Assembly: GCA_965249725.1 (NCBI GenBank)
Contig: OZ252251.1
Span: 384,001 to 448,000 of the forward strand
DNA: 64,000 nt
Direction of reading: 5' to 3'
DNA from: Longimicrobiales bacterium
GTDB lineage: Bacteria; Gemmatimonadota; Gemmatimonadetes; Longimicrobiales; Gaopeijiaceae
In this document: positions 16,933 to 27,065 of the stretch, one piece after another
Layout: every line of letters starts with the position of its first letter
Numbering within the stretch: the first letter of the stretch is position 1
Notes under the pieces: generated by a model
Told to the model about the DNA's origin: nothing
Database searches by the model: none
Seen by the model: only the letters and a program-made list of their open reading frames with translations
Translations under genes and position numbers: made by a program

Positions 16933-19900
16933 ATGAGCGACACTTCCGAAGTGACGGTCCGCCAGGCTCGGCAGGACTCGCCGACCGTCGACGCCGTTTG
17001 CCGGCAGCTCGAACGACAGGTTTCCCCGGACGAAACCGAGATCGTCATTTCGTTCGCGATCATCTTCCTGTCCAAGGCGACCCGGGAGTTCCTGCAGGAG
17101 CGCAGTTCCGACGCACTGGCCCGCATGGTGCTCGGGGCGTGGCGTTTCCTTCAGCGTGGCCGACCCGATCGGGTCGATGTCGAGGTGTTCAATCCCGACG
17201 TCGACAACGAGGGCTGGTTCGCACCCGTAACGGTTCTGCGGACCAACATCTCAGAGCGTCCCTTCATCGTGGACTCGCTTCGCGAGTTCCTGCACACGCA
17301 GGACCTTTCCATCGAACACCTCATCTACCCCGTCATCCACGTCGAGCGAGGGGAGGATGGCCAGGTCACGGAGGTGCGGTCCTCCAAGGAGGGTGAGACC
17401 AAAGAGTCGCTCGTGCACTGCGAGGTGGCTCGAGTCACCGATCCGGTGGCGTTGGATAGTCTGCGTAACGAGGCGAACCGCCGGCTCCAGGACGTGGTGC
17501 GGGCCACCGACGACTTCCACCCCATGGTCGATGCGGTGAACGGCGTCGTGGCCGAGCTGGCGGAGAGCATGGGCGAGCTTCCCGACCTCGGTGAGGAACT
17601 CCGAGAGATCCAAGCATTTCTGCGTTGGCTGCGAGACGGAGGTTACGTGTTCCTGGGGTATCGGGGCTACGACCTGGTCGACGCCGACGGGGGAAGGGCC
17701 ATCGTCGTAGAGCCGGGGTCGGGTCTCGGCGTGTTGAGGAACGAGGCCGAGTCGTCCTACGCCGAGCCGGTGCTCGTGAGCGGCCTCCGGCCCGGGATCA
17801 GGGAGCTCGTGGAGGGAGGTCCCAATCTGATCATCAGTAAGACCAACGCCCTTTCCACTGTGCATCGCCTGGCCCGGATGGACTACATCGGGGTCAAAAA
17901 GCTCTCATCGGCCGGGGAGGTCGTTGGAGAGCATCGCTTCGTCGGCCTGTTCACCTCCAAGGCCTATTCGGAGGAGGCGGAGAAGATCCCGATTCTGCGG
18001 CGCAAGCTCGAGATGATCCTCGAGGCTGCCAGCGCCCCCGAGGGATCGCACGACTACAAGGAAATCAAGACGATCTTCAGCTCTCTGCCTAAGGAGGAGC
18101 TGTTCGTCTCGACGTTGGAGCAGATCGGCGCCGACATCCAGATCGTCCTGACGTCGTACCACACCGATGATGTACGCGTCACGTTGAGAGAGGACCCCTT
18201 CCGTAGGGGCTTCTCGGTCATGGTGATCATTCCCAAGGACAGATTCTCGGGAGATGTCAGGCGGGCCATCGAAGAGGCCCTCGTTCGGCATCTCCAAGCT
18301 GATGTTCTCAACTATCACCTGACACTGGGCGAGGGTGACCAGGCGCGTCTGCACTTCTACATGGCCTCGCCCGGCGAGAAGGTCGAAGGGGTCGATCCTC
18401 ACGATCTCGAGAAGTTGATCGGCGAGCTCATCCGCTCCTGGACGGATCGCGTACGAGGCGGCCTCGAGAAGGTGCGACCGCCCGACGAGGCCCGCCGTCT
18501 CGCTCGTCGATACGGCGAGGGCTTCAGCCCCGAGTACCGGGCGGCCACAGAGCCGGCGGTGGCGGTCAACGACATTCTCGAGCTGGAAGCCATGTTGGCC
18601 GACGACCGCATGGTATCCATCTCTTTTGCCGGAGGTCAGGCGGGAGACGAGGAGGGCGCCACCACGGAGTTGAAGCTCTACCTGTGCGGCGAACGACTCA
18701 TCCTCTCGGACTTCATGCCGATTCTCGAGAACGCGGGTCTCCGGGTGATCGCGGTGGTGCCCTACGAGATCAAGGGGCAGGGTACTCCCGACGCCATCAT
18801 CTACTCGTTCTCGGTGCAGGATTCCGAGGGGAGACCGCTGGAGGCCGAGGATCAGGGACCGTTGCTCGCCGATGCCATCTTGGCGGTCCGCTTCGGCGAC
18901 GCGACCAACGACACCCTCAACGCGCTCGTCATCCTGGCGGACCTCTTCTGGAGGGAAGTCGACGTGCTGAGGGCTTACGCCGCCTACGCCTTCCAGTTGG
19001 GTGCGGTGCCCAGTCGCTTGTCGCTTCCGACCGCGCTCGTGAGCTACCCCAACATCGCCAGGGTTTTCCTCGACATCTTCAAGGCGAAGTTCGATCCCAA
19101 GGGGCCCGCCACTCGCAGTGAGCGGGAGGCGTTGGTAGAGGACCTTCGTGTCCTCCTGACCCAGCTCATGACCTCGGTCACACTCTTGGCCGATGACCGG
19201 GCTCTCCGCCGCATGGTGGCGCTCCTCGACGCCACGTTGCGCACCAACTACTTCCGCAACGGCGGCCGATCGCCGACACGACGGTCGGGGGGCGTGCCCT
19301 ACATCTCGTTGAAGGTTTCGGCCCAGGCGCTCCGGGACGTCGCACGCACGAGGTTGCTGTACGAGGTCTGGGTCCGGTCTTCGCGGATGGAGGGGGTGCA
19401 CCTCAGGGGGGCACGCGTCGCTCGCGGGGGGATCCGCTATAGCGACAGGCCCGACGACTTCCGGACCGAGATTCTAGGGCTCGTGAACACTCAGATGGTC
19501 AAGAACGCTGTCATCGTCCCTGCCGGATCCAAGGGTGGCTACATCACGCTCCGGAAGATCGCCGACCGGGACGAGATGGCCGAGGAAGCGCGCGAGCAAT
19601 ACAAGACGCTGATGCGGGGCCTGTTGGACCTCACCGACAACCTCGACCACGAAGGCGAGACCGTGCCGCCGGAGCTGGTGGTGAGTTGGGACGATCCCGA
19701 CCCCTACCTCGTCGTGGCGGCGGACAAGGGAACGGCCAAGTACTCGGACGTGGCCAACGGTGTGGCGGCCGAGTACGACTTCTGGTTGGACGACGCGTTC
19801 GCTTCAGGAGGATCGCACGGCTACGACCACAAGGTCGTCGGGATCACGGCGGGAGGGGCCTGGGAGTGTGTGAAACGGCACTTCCGCGAGCAGGACAAGG

Positions 19901-21828
19901 ACATCCAGACAGAGCCGTTCACCGTGGTGGGGATCGGAGACATGAGCGGCGACGTGTTCGGGAACGGCATGCTCCTCTCCCGGCAGATCAAGCTCATCGC
20001 GGCGTTCGACCACCGACATGTCTTCATCGACCCGAACCCCGATGAGGAAGCCTCGTTCGTGGAACGTGAGCGCCTGTTCGCGTTGGGACCGTCGAGCTGG
20101 GAGGAATACGATCGAAACGTCCTGAGTCCGGGTGCCATGATCATCCCTCGAGGGGCGAAGGAGGTCGATCTCACACCCGAGGCCCGAGACGCTTTGGGAG
20201 TGCCGGATGAGGTAGAGACGCTCGACGGCGAGTCGCTGATCCGAGCCGTGCTACAGGCGCCGGTGGAACTGCTGTGGAACGGTGGGATCGGCACCTATGT
20301 GAAGGCGCCCTTCGAGTCGGACGCCGACGCCGGAGACCCCTCCAACGATGCGGTCCGCGTGAACTCGGACGAGCTTCGCTGCAGGGTCGTGGGTGAGGGC
20401 GGAAACCTGGGGTTCACCCAGCGGGCTCGGATCGACTTCGCCTTGCGTGACGGCAACCTCAATACGGACGCGCTCGACAACTCGGGTGGTGTGGACCTTT
20501 CCGATCGGGAGGTGAACCTGAAGATCCTCCTCAGGCACCCCGTCCGCTCGGGGGCCATGGGTGAGGACCAGCGAAACCAGCTGCTCGAGGACCTCACCGA
20601 CTCCGTGGCCCAGTTGGTTCTGGCCGACAACGAGAAGCAGAGCCTCGCGATCTCCCTGGACCAGCATAGGACCAAGGAGAACCTGGACGACTTCAGGGAT
20701 CTCATGTCCGCGCTGGAAAAGACCGGTGGGCTGGATCGGGTGGCCGAACACCTTCCCACGTGGGAGGTCCTGTGCGACCGGCTGGAGGAGCAGGGGCGGT
20801 CCCTCACCCGTCCGGAGCTTTGCGTGCTGCTGTCTTACGCCAAGATGGAGCTCATGGGTCGCCTACTCAAGAGCGACCTCCCGGACGACCCCGCGACCAA
20901 GGAGTACCTGCTGCACTACTTCCCCGACGCCGCTTTAGACGCTGCGGGCAAGCAGGGCCTCGAAGCCCACAGGCTGCGTCGCGAGATCGTGGCCTGCCAG
21001 CTCACCAACGACTTGGTCGACCTGATGGGCGCGACGTTCGTGAGTCGCGTATCGAGAGATACCGGTAGGGAAGCCGCCGACGTCGCTCGTGCCTGGCTCG
21101 TCGCGGCGCGCCTGGCCGGTCACCAAGAGCTGGTGCGGCGGGTGAGCGGGGCCGAGGCGGGACTCTCGTCGAAGGTGGCGTACCGATGGCTGCTGGGGCT
21201 GTCGCGAGTGCTCGAGAGGACCACGCGCTGGATCCTCGCCAACGTGGACGGCGAGGGCCGCACGGCGATGCTCGTAGACGAGAATCAGGGTAAGCTGGAG
21301 ACACTGCGTGCCGACTTCGGAGATTTCGTGGCGGGAGAGGACAAGATCGTCTTCGAACGGCGTGTGTCGGAGATCGAGCGACACGGTGCGGAGCCGTCCT
21401 TCGCTCGGAGCCTGATCACACTTCGATTCCTGGACCAGTTGCTGGAGATCCTCCGCGTGGCGAGGGAAACCGGTTCAGAGCCTCTCGTTGCCGGCGGGGC
21501 CTACTACAAGGTGTCCGAGCGCTTCCACATTCCGTGGCTGAGGCAGGCGATCTTCGGGTCGGCTTCGGAGGATCGTTGGGAGCAGCGGGCAGCGCAGGCC
21601 TTGGCCGCCGATCTGAGTCGGGCGCATTCCTCTCTCACCCGGCTGGTGGTGGGGTCCGGAGACGGCAGCGGAGCGTTGAACACCAGTTCCGGCGAGTACG
21701 CGCGTTTTAAGGAGCTGATGGAGGAGATCCGCGCCGAGGAGACGATGTCGGTGTCCGGACTCTCCGTAGCCGTCCGGGAGATCGCCCTCGTGGCGGAACG
21801 TGCCAACGGATCGGCATCGACCGAATAG
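16933..21828 (+). CDS. gdhB: Large NAD-specific glutamate dehydrogenase
   Basis: About 1630 aa with EGVHLRGARVARGGIRYSDR, VKNAVIVPAGSKGG, DPYLVVAADKGTA, AFASGGSHGYDHK, GIGDMSGDVFGNGML, GEGGNLG. ATG 16933 preferred over the upstream TTG. Confidence 0.96.
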   Translation: MSDTSEVTVRQARQDSPTVDAVCRQLERQVSPDETEIVISFAIIFLSKATREFLQERSSDALARMVLGAWRFLQRGRPDRVDVEVFNPDVDNEGWFAPVTVLRTNISERPFIVDSLREFLHTQDLSIEHLIYPVIHVERGEDGQVTEVRSSKEGETKESLVHCEVARVTDPVALDSLRNEANRRLQDVVRATDDFHPMVDAVNGVVAELAESMGELPDLGEELREIQAFLRWLRDGGYVFLGYRGYDLVDADGGRAIVVEPGSGLGVLRNEAESSYAEPVLVSGLRPGIRELVEGGPNLIISKTNALSTVHRLARMDYIGVKKLSSAGEVVGEHRFVGLFTSKAYSEEAEKIPILRRKLEMILEAASAPEGSHDYKEIKTIFSSLPKEELFVSTLEQIGADIQIVLTSYHTDDVRVTLREDPFRRGFSVMVIIPKDRFSGDVRRAIEEALVRHLQADVLNYHLTLGEGDQARLHFYMASPGEKVEGVDPHDLEKLIGELIRSWTDRVRGGLEKVRPPDEARRLARRYGEGFSPEYRAATEPAVAVNDILELEAMLADDRMVSISFAGGQAGDEEGATTELKLYLCGERLILSDFMPILENAGLRVIAVVPYEIKGQGTPDAIIYSFSVQDSEGRPLEAEDQGPLLADAILAVRFGDATNDTLNALVILADLFWREVDVLRAYAAYAFQLGAVPSRLSLPTALVSYPNIARVFLDIFKAKFDPKGPATRSEREALVEDLRVLLTQLMTSVTLLADDRALRRMVALLDATLRTNYFRNGGRSPTRRSGGVPYISLKVSAQALRDVARTRLLYEVWVRSSRMEGVHLRGARVARGGIRYSDRPDDFRTEILGLVNTQMVKNAVIVPAGSKGGYITLRKIADRDEMAEEAREQYKTLMRGLLDLTDNLDHEGETVPPELVVSWDDPDPYLVVAADKGTAKYSDVANGVAAEYDFWLDDAFASGGSHGYDHKVVGITAGGAWECVKRHFREQDKDIQTEPFTVVGIGDMSGDVFGNGMLLSRQIKLIAAFDHRHVFIDPNPDEEASFVERERLFALGPSSWEEYDRNVLSPGAMIIPRGAKEVDLTPEARDALGVPDEVETLDGESLIRAVLQAPVELLWNGGIGTYVKAPFESDADAGDPSNDAVRVNSDELRCRVVGEGGNLGFTQRARIDFALRDGNLNTDALDNSGGVDLSDREVNLKILLRHPVRSGAMGEDQRNQLLEDLTDSVAQLVLADNEKQSLAISLDQHRTKENLDDFRDLMSALEKTGGLDRVAEHLPTWEVLCDRLEEQGRSLTRPELCVLLSYAKMELMGRLLKSDLPDDPATKEYLLHYFPDAALDAAGKQGLEAHRLRREIVACQLTNDLVDLMGATFVSRVSRDTGREAADVARAWLVAARLAGHQELVRRVSGAEAGLSSKVAYRWLLGLSRVLERTTRWILANVDGEGRTAMLVDENQGKLETLRADFGDFVAGEDKIVFERRVSEIERHGAEPSFARSLITLRFLDQLLEILRVARETGSEPLVAGGAYYKVSERFHIPWLRQAIFGSASEDRWEQRAAQALAADLSRAHSSLTRLVVGSGDGSGALNTSSGEYARFKELMEEIRAEETMSVSGLSVAVREIALVAERANGSASTE

Positions 21829-21863
21829 GACCCCCGCTGGACTCTGAGGGGGCTGCGGAGCCC

Positions 21864-22478
21864 CTAGAGAATCAGCAGGACGAGGGTGAGGCTCATTCCC
21901 TGGAGATCGGCATCTGCCAGGTTGAGCAGATCCTGGACTCCGAAGACCGCCCGATAGCCCGCCGCCGCACCGAGATGCACGGGGCCTAATGCGCGTACTC
22001 GTACCAACACTTCGGGCTCCATCACCAGAAAGTTGTCGGCTCCGAGTTCGTTGCCTACGGGCACGGCACGGATCGACGCATGCCCGGCGCCTACTAGGAG
22101 TCGCCCGGCCAGCGAGACGCTCCGGCGGGTCCGAGCCTGGTATCCGAAGAGCAGGCCACCGTATCCCATTCGCAGGTTCGTACCGAGGTCGGCCCCCGAT
22201 TCGACCACGGGTACCGAGTTGAGCAGCCCCCCTCCGACAGCTCCGATCGAAAAGTGGCGTGAGAAGTGGAGCGAGGCTTCGCCGCCCATCATCGCCTCGG
22301 TGCCGCCCAGGATCTCGGCGCCGCGAACGAAGGTGCCGATGGAGGCGCTGACCCCGTCGTCGGACCCTGGATCGTCCAGGTTCTGGGCGTGGAGACCCCC
22401 GTGTTGGGTCCACGTCAGGCCGATGAAAAGGCCGCCCGCGACCAGGGGATGGGCCAGACGGAATGCCTTGCGGGGTAT
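21864..22478 (-). CDS. Hypothetical secreted or outer-membrane beta-barrel protein; start uncertain
   Basis: Signal-like PRKAFRLAHPLVAGGLFIG..LHAQ followed by amphipathic strands (MGYGGLLFGY, FLVMEPEV, GAAAGYR). The best RBS (GAGGAG) precedes an ATA codon at 22478. Confidence 0.6.
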   Translation of the reverse strand: MPRKAFRLAHPLVAGGLFIGLTWTQHGGLHAQNLDDPGSDDGVSASIGTFVRGAEILGGTEAMMGGEASLHFSRHFSIGAVGGGLLNSVPVVESGADLGTNLRMGYGGLLFGYQARTRRSVSLAGRLLVGAGHASIRAVPVGNELGADNFLVMEPEVLVRVRALGPVHLGAAAGYRAVFGVQDLLNLADADLQGMSLTLVLLIL

Positions 22479-22651
22479 CGGGATCTCCTCATGCCGCGGT
22501 AGGATCGAACGGTACTTGCACCGTTCGAAACAAGGTATACTTCCCATCCTCTCAGGGAACAGGGCAAACCCACGCGCCCGCTGGAATACCAAAGCTGGAA
22601 CACCAAAAGGTTGAGAACTGAGACATAACGTAACAATGTTCAGATAACGCA

Positions 22652-23173
22652 TTGGGACGCAGATACTTGGGCTTTACGAATTGCAGCGGCTGTTGGAGGA
22701 GTGGTGATCGCACGACGAGTCTAGGCTTTACGCTTCTCGAACTCGTGATCGTCATGCTCCTCCTATCACTCTCGCTCGCGGCAGCGGCGGGGGTGTTTTC
22801 GGCTTATCAAGGCCGTACATCCGCTCAGCGCGCAGCGCAGGTGTTTGCGCTCGATATCGGGCTTGCCAGGACGAGTGCCGTCAGGAGTCGAGAGAAGGTG
22901 GTTGTCGATTTCGACGAATCTCAGGTGACCTACCTGCTTCGGTTCGAATCGGGTGACACGATTGTGAGGCGGGAATTCAGTCGGCAGAACGAGATTTTCC
23001 TCGACTCGGTGAACCTCCAGCTGACGGGAGACAGCTTGGTCTTCAGTACGCGCGGTGTGGGTGACCTGAGCGGAGCAGGCTCCTCCTTGGGGGTGGCGAG
23101 CTTCGTCGCTGGCGCGGCGGGGTACGAGGTGTCCTTCAACGGCATGGGGGCTTCAAAGGTCGAGAAACGTTGA
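22652..23173 (+). CDS. FimT/GspH-like minor (pseudo)pilin; start uncertain
   Basis: Class III signal G|FTLLELVIVM followed by DIGLARTSAV. Confidence 0.85.
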   Translation: MGRRYLGFTNCSGCWRSGDRTTSLGFTLLELVIVMLLLSLSLAAAAGVFSAYQGRTSAQRAAQVFALDIGLARTSAVRSREKVVVDFDESQVTYLLRFESGDTIVRREFSRQNEIFLDSVNLQLTGDSLVFSTRGVGDLSGAGSSLGVASFVAGAAGYEVSFNGMGASKVEKR

Positions 23174-23562
23174 GCAGACGGCGTCGCAAGCGGCTGCGCG
23201 TCTCCTCGGGGGGCTTTACACTGATCGAGGTGATCGGAGCGTTGGTGATCTTCTCGGTCGGCGTGCTGATGGTGATGAGCCTGACCGGAACGCTGTCCCT
23301 TCGAATGGAGACCGCCGCGATCCGGTCGGAGCTCAGCGTCATGGGGCAGGAGCGGTTGGACAGCCTGGAGGTCATAGACTACGACGCCCTTCCCGTCACA
23401 TTTACATGGGCTCTCACGGAGGTTCGAGGATCATCGTACTACTGGGTAATCATCGTAGCCGACTCGACGGCGCTAGCGCGCCACGCCAAGGTATGGCTGC
23501 TTCCGTCCAGCGGGTCGGGTCCGTCCTTTACCGGTTCCACGTTCGTCACAAAGTCCTGGTAG
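23170..23562 (+). CDS. PilV-like minor pilin
   Basis: Basic leader RRRRKR, then G|FTLIEVIGALVIFSVG; short protein, second in the cluster. Confidence 0.85.
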   Translation: MSRRRRKRLRVSSGGFTLIEVIGALVIFSVGVLMVMSLTGTLSLRMETAAIRSELSVMGQERLDSLEVIDYDALPVTFTWALTEVRGSSYYWVIIVADSTALARHAKVWLLPSSGSGPSFTGSTFVTKSW

Positions 23563-24395
23563 CCGACCGCTCGGACGCGGGTTTTACTTTCCTCGAGGCC
23601 ATTCTGGCGCTCACCCTTTCCTCGCTGATCGTGGCGATGGTGGCGTCCGTTTTTCTTGCTCAGAACGACTTCTACGCGCTCGTCGTCGAGCGGGCACACG
23701 TGCAGGACAATCTGCGCGTCGTGTCCGACCTCATCGCGTCCGAGGTCCGGGGCACCTCGGCCGGGGGCGTCACCACGGCCCAGTCACGCGACTTCGTGGT
23801 TCGCTTGCCGTTGGCTGTGGGTGGTGTGTGCCATGATGAGGCGAGTCACGGGCGGGTGTACATGCCGGGCCTGGCCGACATCGCGACCGACGAAGTGGCC
23901 GGTTATGCCAGGCGGGACGTGAACGGTGATTGGACCTACACCACCGGCACGTGGTCGACGCTGCTGGTGTCGTCAGGGTCCAATGACGCGAACGAGTGCA
24001 CGACCCGATCCGGTTCGGATACAGTAGGCGCGACGCAGGACTTTGGACGCCTCCTGATATCGGGGGGGACGACTCTCGGAGAGTCGATCATGATTTGGCA
24101 GGAGATCGAGTTCAAGATCGACGAGTCTCAACTGGACTCGACGACGTTGGCGGTGTTCCGGGGAGTCACAGGCGACACTCTGAGAGAGTTCGCCACGGGG
24201 ATCACGCCCGACACGAAGTTCGAGTATTCGACCGACGGCGGCTCGTCGTTCTCCGACTCCGAGACGGGGGGCGACCTCGACGACATCGACGTGATTCGAA
24301 TCACGGCAGCGGCCGTAGCAGCGGATTCCGCGGGAGTCGATGAGGCGTACAACTATCAGTGGACCATGAGAATCCCCCTGAAGAACTCGAACTGA
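23556..24395 (+). CDS. PilW/GspJ-like minor pilin; start CTG 23556 or ATG 23493
   Basis: G|FTFLEAILALTLSSLI, QDNLRVVSDLIASEVR, and a C-terminal IPLKN. Confidence 0.82.
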   Translation: MVADRSDAGFTFLEAILALTLSSLIVAMVASVFLAQNDFYALVVERAHVQDNLRVVSDLIASEVRGTSAGGVTTAQSRDFVVRLPLAVGGVCHDEASHGRVYMPGLADIATDEVAGYARRDVNGDWTYTTGTWSTLLVSSGSNDANECTTRSGSDTVGATQDFGRLLISGGTTLGESIMIWQEIEFKIDESQLDSTTLAVFRGVTGDTLREFATGITPDTKFEYSTDGGSSFSDSETGGDLDDIDVIRITAAAVAADSAGVDEAYNYQWTMRIPLKNSN

Positions 24396-24469
24396 CCGTG
24401 CACCGGACTATCGCACCCACTGCGCGTCGGACCACGGCGCCCACCTTGCGTCGGGCCGTCGATGCGACA

Positions 24470-25492
24470 ATGAAGGACGATCCGCGGGCCGGGTTCGTGC
24501 TCGCGCTGGTGGTTCTCCTTCTCTTCGCCATCGGAATCGCGGGCGCCGCGGGGTATCGGATCGTGCTCAACGAGGCCCAAATGGCCACGCACGCGAAGGA
24601 GACGCAGCGGGCACTGTCGATCGCACGAGCCGGGCTTCAACGGTACATCGCAAACCAGATCGGTGTGCACGACGACACCGTGACCTATGCCATCGAGAAC
24701 GGCGACGCAGTGGTCACCGCCCGCCTGGTAACCGAGATCGACGACTTCGAGTCGCTGTATCTGCTTGGCTCCGAGGGCGTCTTTACGGATCCCACGTTCA
24801 GGGGTAACGCCGCCAGGCGGACGGTCTATCAGTGGGCCAAGAAGCGGGAAGTGGCGATCGATCATTTCGCCGCGATCACCCATGCCTCGGGCAATGTATA
24901 CCTACGAATCTCTTCCGATGTGGACGGTGACGATCAGGCCACGGTCGGAGCGTGCACCCAGACTTCGACCAACATCGGTGGCGTGGTTCGTGGCGGCGGC
25001 TCACTGATCATCGAGGGAGGCGACCCGATCCACGGGCATCCCGACGATACGGATTTCGGGTTCTACGATGCTGTGATGGACTCCCTCGGGCTCGACTGGA
25101 GCCTGCTGACCGACACGGGCTTCCCCGTCGACTACGAGAACACGTGGCCCGGGTGCGGGCTGCCCTCCGACTCGTTCACGGTCACGCGCTTTACGGGCAA
25201 CCTGAGCGCTCCTTCATCGGCGTGCGGACAGGGCGTGCTGATCGTGACCGGCGACCTCACACCCGGGAACAACTTCTACTGGGACGGCATCGTCTTGGCC
25301 GGATACGTCGTTTCGACGTTCAACAATTTCAGAATCTACGGAATGCTGGTAGGCGGTCTGGACAATGGTGGGGTCCAGACGAACTACAACAACGACACGT
25401 GGGTTCGGTACGATCGCTGTAAGGCGTTCAAGTCCGGTAGACGCTTGAGCCACTTCCAACCGATCGGCTCCACTTGGTGGGAGAGTATGTAG
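24470..25492 (+). CDS. PilX/GspK-like minor pilin
   Basis: G|FVLALVVLLL lacking Glu5, as is typical of PilX, then RALSIARAGL and a C-terminal GQGVLIVTGDL region. Confidence 0.8.
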   Translation: MKDDPRAGFVLALVVLLLFAIGIAGAAGYRIVLNEAQMATHAKETQRALSIARAGLQRYIANQIGVHDDTVTYAIENGDAVVTARLVTEIDDFESLYLLGSEGVFTDPTFRGNAARRTVYQWAKKREVAIDHFAAITHASGNVYLRISSDVDGDDQATVGACTQTSTNIGGVVRGGGSLIIEGGDPIHGHPDDTDFGFYDAVMDSLGLDWSLLTDTGFPVDYENTWPGCGLPSDSFTVTRFTGNLSAPSSACGQGVLIVTGDLTPGNNFYWDGIVLAGYVVSTFNNFRIYGMLVGGLDNGGVQTNYNNDTWVRYDRCKAFKSGRRLSHFQPIGSTWWESM

Positions 25493-25557
25493 CTCCCGAG
25501 GGCCGGTCCCGGTTTCCTCAGCTTGCCAATCCGGCGTCAGGATGACGAAGTTGCCCC

Positions 25558-25980
25558 ATGGCTGAGATCATGTCCCTCATGGCGCTGGTGGAGCGCATCC
25601 TGGACCACCTCGAACACGGCACGCTCGCTGTGGGGTTCGAGGAGCCGATCCAGAGAGGTTCCGCCTCGGGTTTCGTGGGCGTCGTGCGTCAGTCCGAAGG
25701 CCCCGAGGGCCTCGTCTTGGTGGTCCGCCTCTCGATCATGCGTGTGCCGCAGGATCGGCACGAGGAATTCACGAGCCGGCTCCTGGGCCTCACCCACGAC
25801 TTCCTCGGGCGCGCCGCATTCTCGGTGGCCAAGGACGGCATCGTCTTTCTCACTGCGGGACGTCCGGTCGAGGACCTCGATCCGGGTGAGATCATCGACC
25901 TTATTCTCTGGACCTCGGAACAGGCCGATCACTTCGATGACATACTACTCTCGGAATTCGGTTACGAGCATTCACTTTGA
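25558..25980 (+). CDS. CesT/YbjN-like (type III chaperone fold) protein
   Basis: 140 aa acidic protein with IQRGSA, RLLGL and DLDPGEI...EQADHFDDILLSEFG. Confidence 0.65.
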   Translation: MAEIMSLMALVERILDHLEHGTLAVGFEEPIQRGSASGFVGVVRQSEGPEGLVLVVRLSIMRVPQDRHEEFTSRLLGLTHDFLGRAAFSVAKDGIVFLTAGRPVEDLDPGEIIDLILWTSEQADHFDDILLSEFGYEHSL

Positions 25981-27059
25981 GTAATCCTGAGACCAATCCC
26001 GAGCGGGGGGTCACGGATCGGACGGCCCGGTCCATGGTCCGCATCTCGGTCTATTATGGACTGCTGGTCACCTCTTTCGCGGTTCTGATCTGGGCCTTCC
26101 CCTGGTTCACACAGGCCGTCACCCGGTCCCAGGAAGACGGCATCTCGGACGCCATCACGGAGACGTTCGGGGGGGTGCCGCTCACGGACGGGTTGTCCAG
26201 TCAGGGTTTGGAAGGCCTGGCCGTGGAAGGGATCTCTCTCCTGGGTGCGCTGGCCATCATGATCCCGGTGGCCTGGACCTACATCATCATCAAGAGGAGG
26301 AGCGGCTACGACCAGTCCGTCGTGCACACCCTCATCATCCTGCCGGTGGCGGTCACGGGCATCGTGATCGTGGTCAAGACGAGCGTGGCCCTGGCGTTCA
26401 GCCTGGCGGGCATCGTGGCGGCGGTTCGGTTCCGCACGACGCTAGAGGACACCAAGGACGCCGTTTACGTCTTCCTGGCCATCGGTGTGGGGCTGGCCGC
26501 CGGTGACCAACGGCTCGGGACCGCCCTGATGGCGTCGATCGTCTTCAACGTCGTGAATCTGGTTCTCTGGAAGATGAACTTCGGCAACATCTACGTGGAT
26601 CAACTCAAGCGCACATCGGGCCTGGCGCTGGGAGACGTACTTGCGGGACCCGAGTCGGCAGCGTCCGCACTCAAGATCGGGGATGAGGCACTCCTGACCG
26701 CAATGCCGCAGACTGACCTCAGGGAGGTCGCTCGCCGCAAGGCGAGGGTGGAGAGCTACCTGGAGGCGGAGACCGACATCCACAAGGAGAAGAAGCAGTT
26801 TTCCATTCTCCTGATCTACTCGGACGCGGCCGGTGAGACGCAGCAGATGGTGGAACGGAACCTCGGCCTATTCGCCGTCCGTTGGCGGCTGGCCGAGATC
26901 ATCCCCGGTGAGGACGGCGTGTCGATTCTCGAGTACCTGGTGCGGGTGAAGGAGCATGTGCCCGCCGGAGCGTTGTTGGACGCCATTCGCAAAGAGGGCG
27001 GAGATTCTGTGCGTGCCGCGGAGCTGAGGTCGCTCCAAGGACTGAAGAAGAGGAGCTAG
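25977..27059 (+). CDS. DUF4956 family membrane protein
   Basis: TLIILP, SVALAFSLAGIVAAVRFRTTLEDTKDAVYVFLAIGVGLAAG. Confidence 0.88.
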   Translation: MSNPETNPERGVTDRTARSMVRISVYYGLLVTSFAVLIWAFPWFTQAVTRSQEDGISDAITETFGGVPLTDGLSSQGLEGLAVEGISLLGALAIMIPVAWTYIIIKRRSGYDQSVVHTLIILPVAVTGIVIVVKTSVALAFSLAGIVAAVRFRTTLEDTKDAVYVFLAIGVGLAAGDQRLGTALMASIVFNVVNLVLWKMNFGNIYVDQLKRTSGLALGDVLAGPESAASALKIGDEALLTAMPQTDLREVARRKARVESYLEAETDIHKEKKQFSILLIYSDAAGETQQMVERNLGLFAVRWRLAEIIPGEDGVSILEYLVRVKEHVPAGALLDAIRKEGGDSVRAAELRSLQGLKKRS

Positions 27060-27065
27060 CAGACC

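Noticed and set aside
25558..25980. Type III secretion system
   Set aside because: Only a chaperone-fold protein is present, with no injectisome genes.
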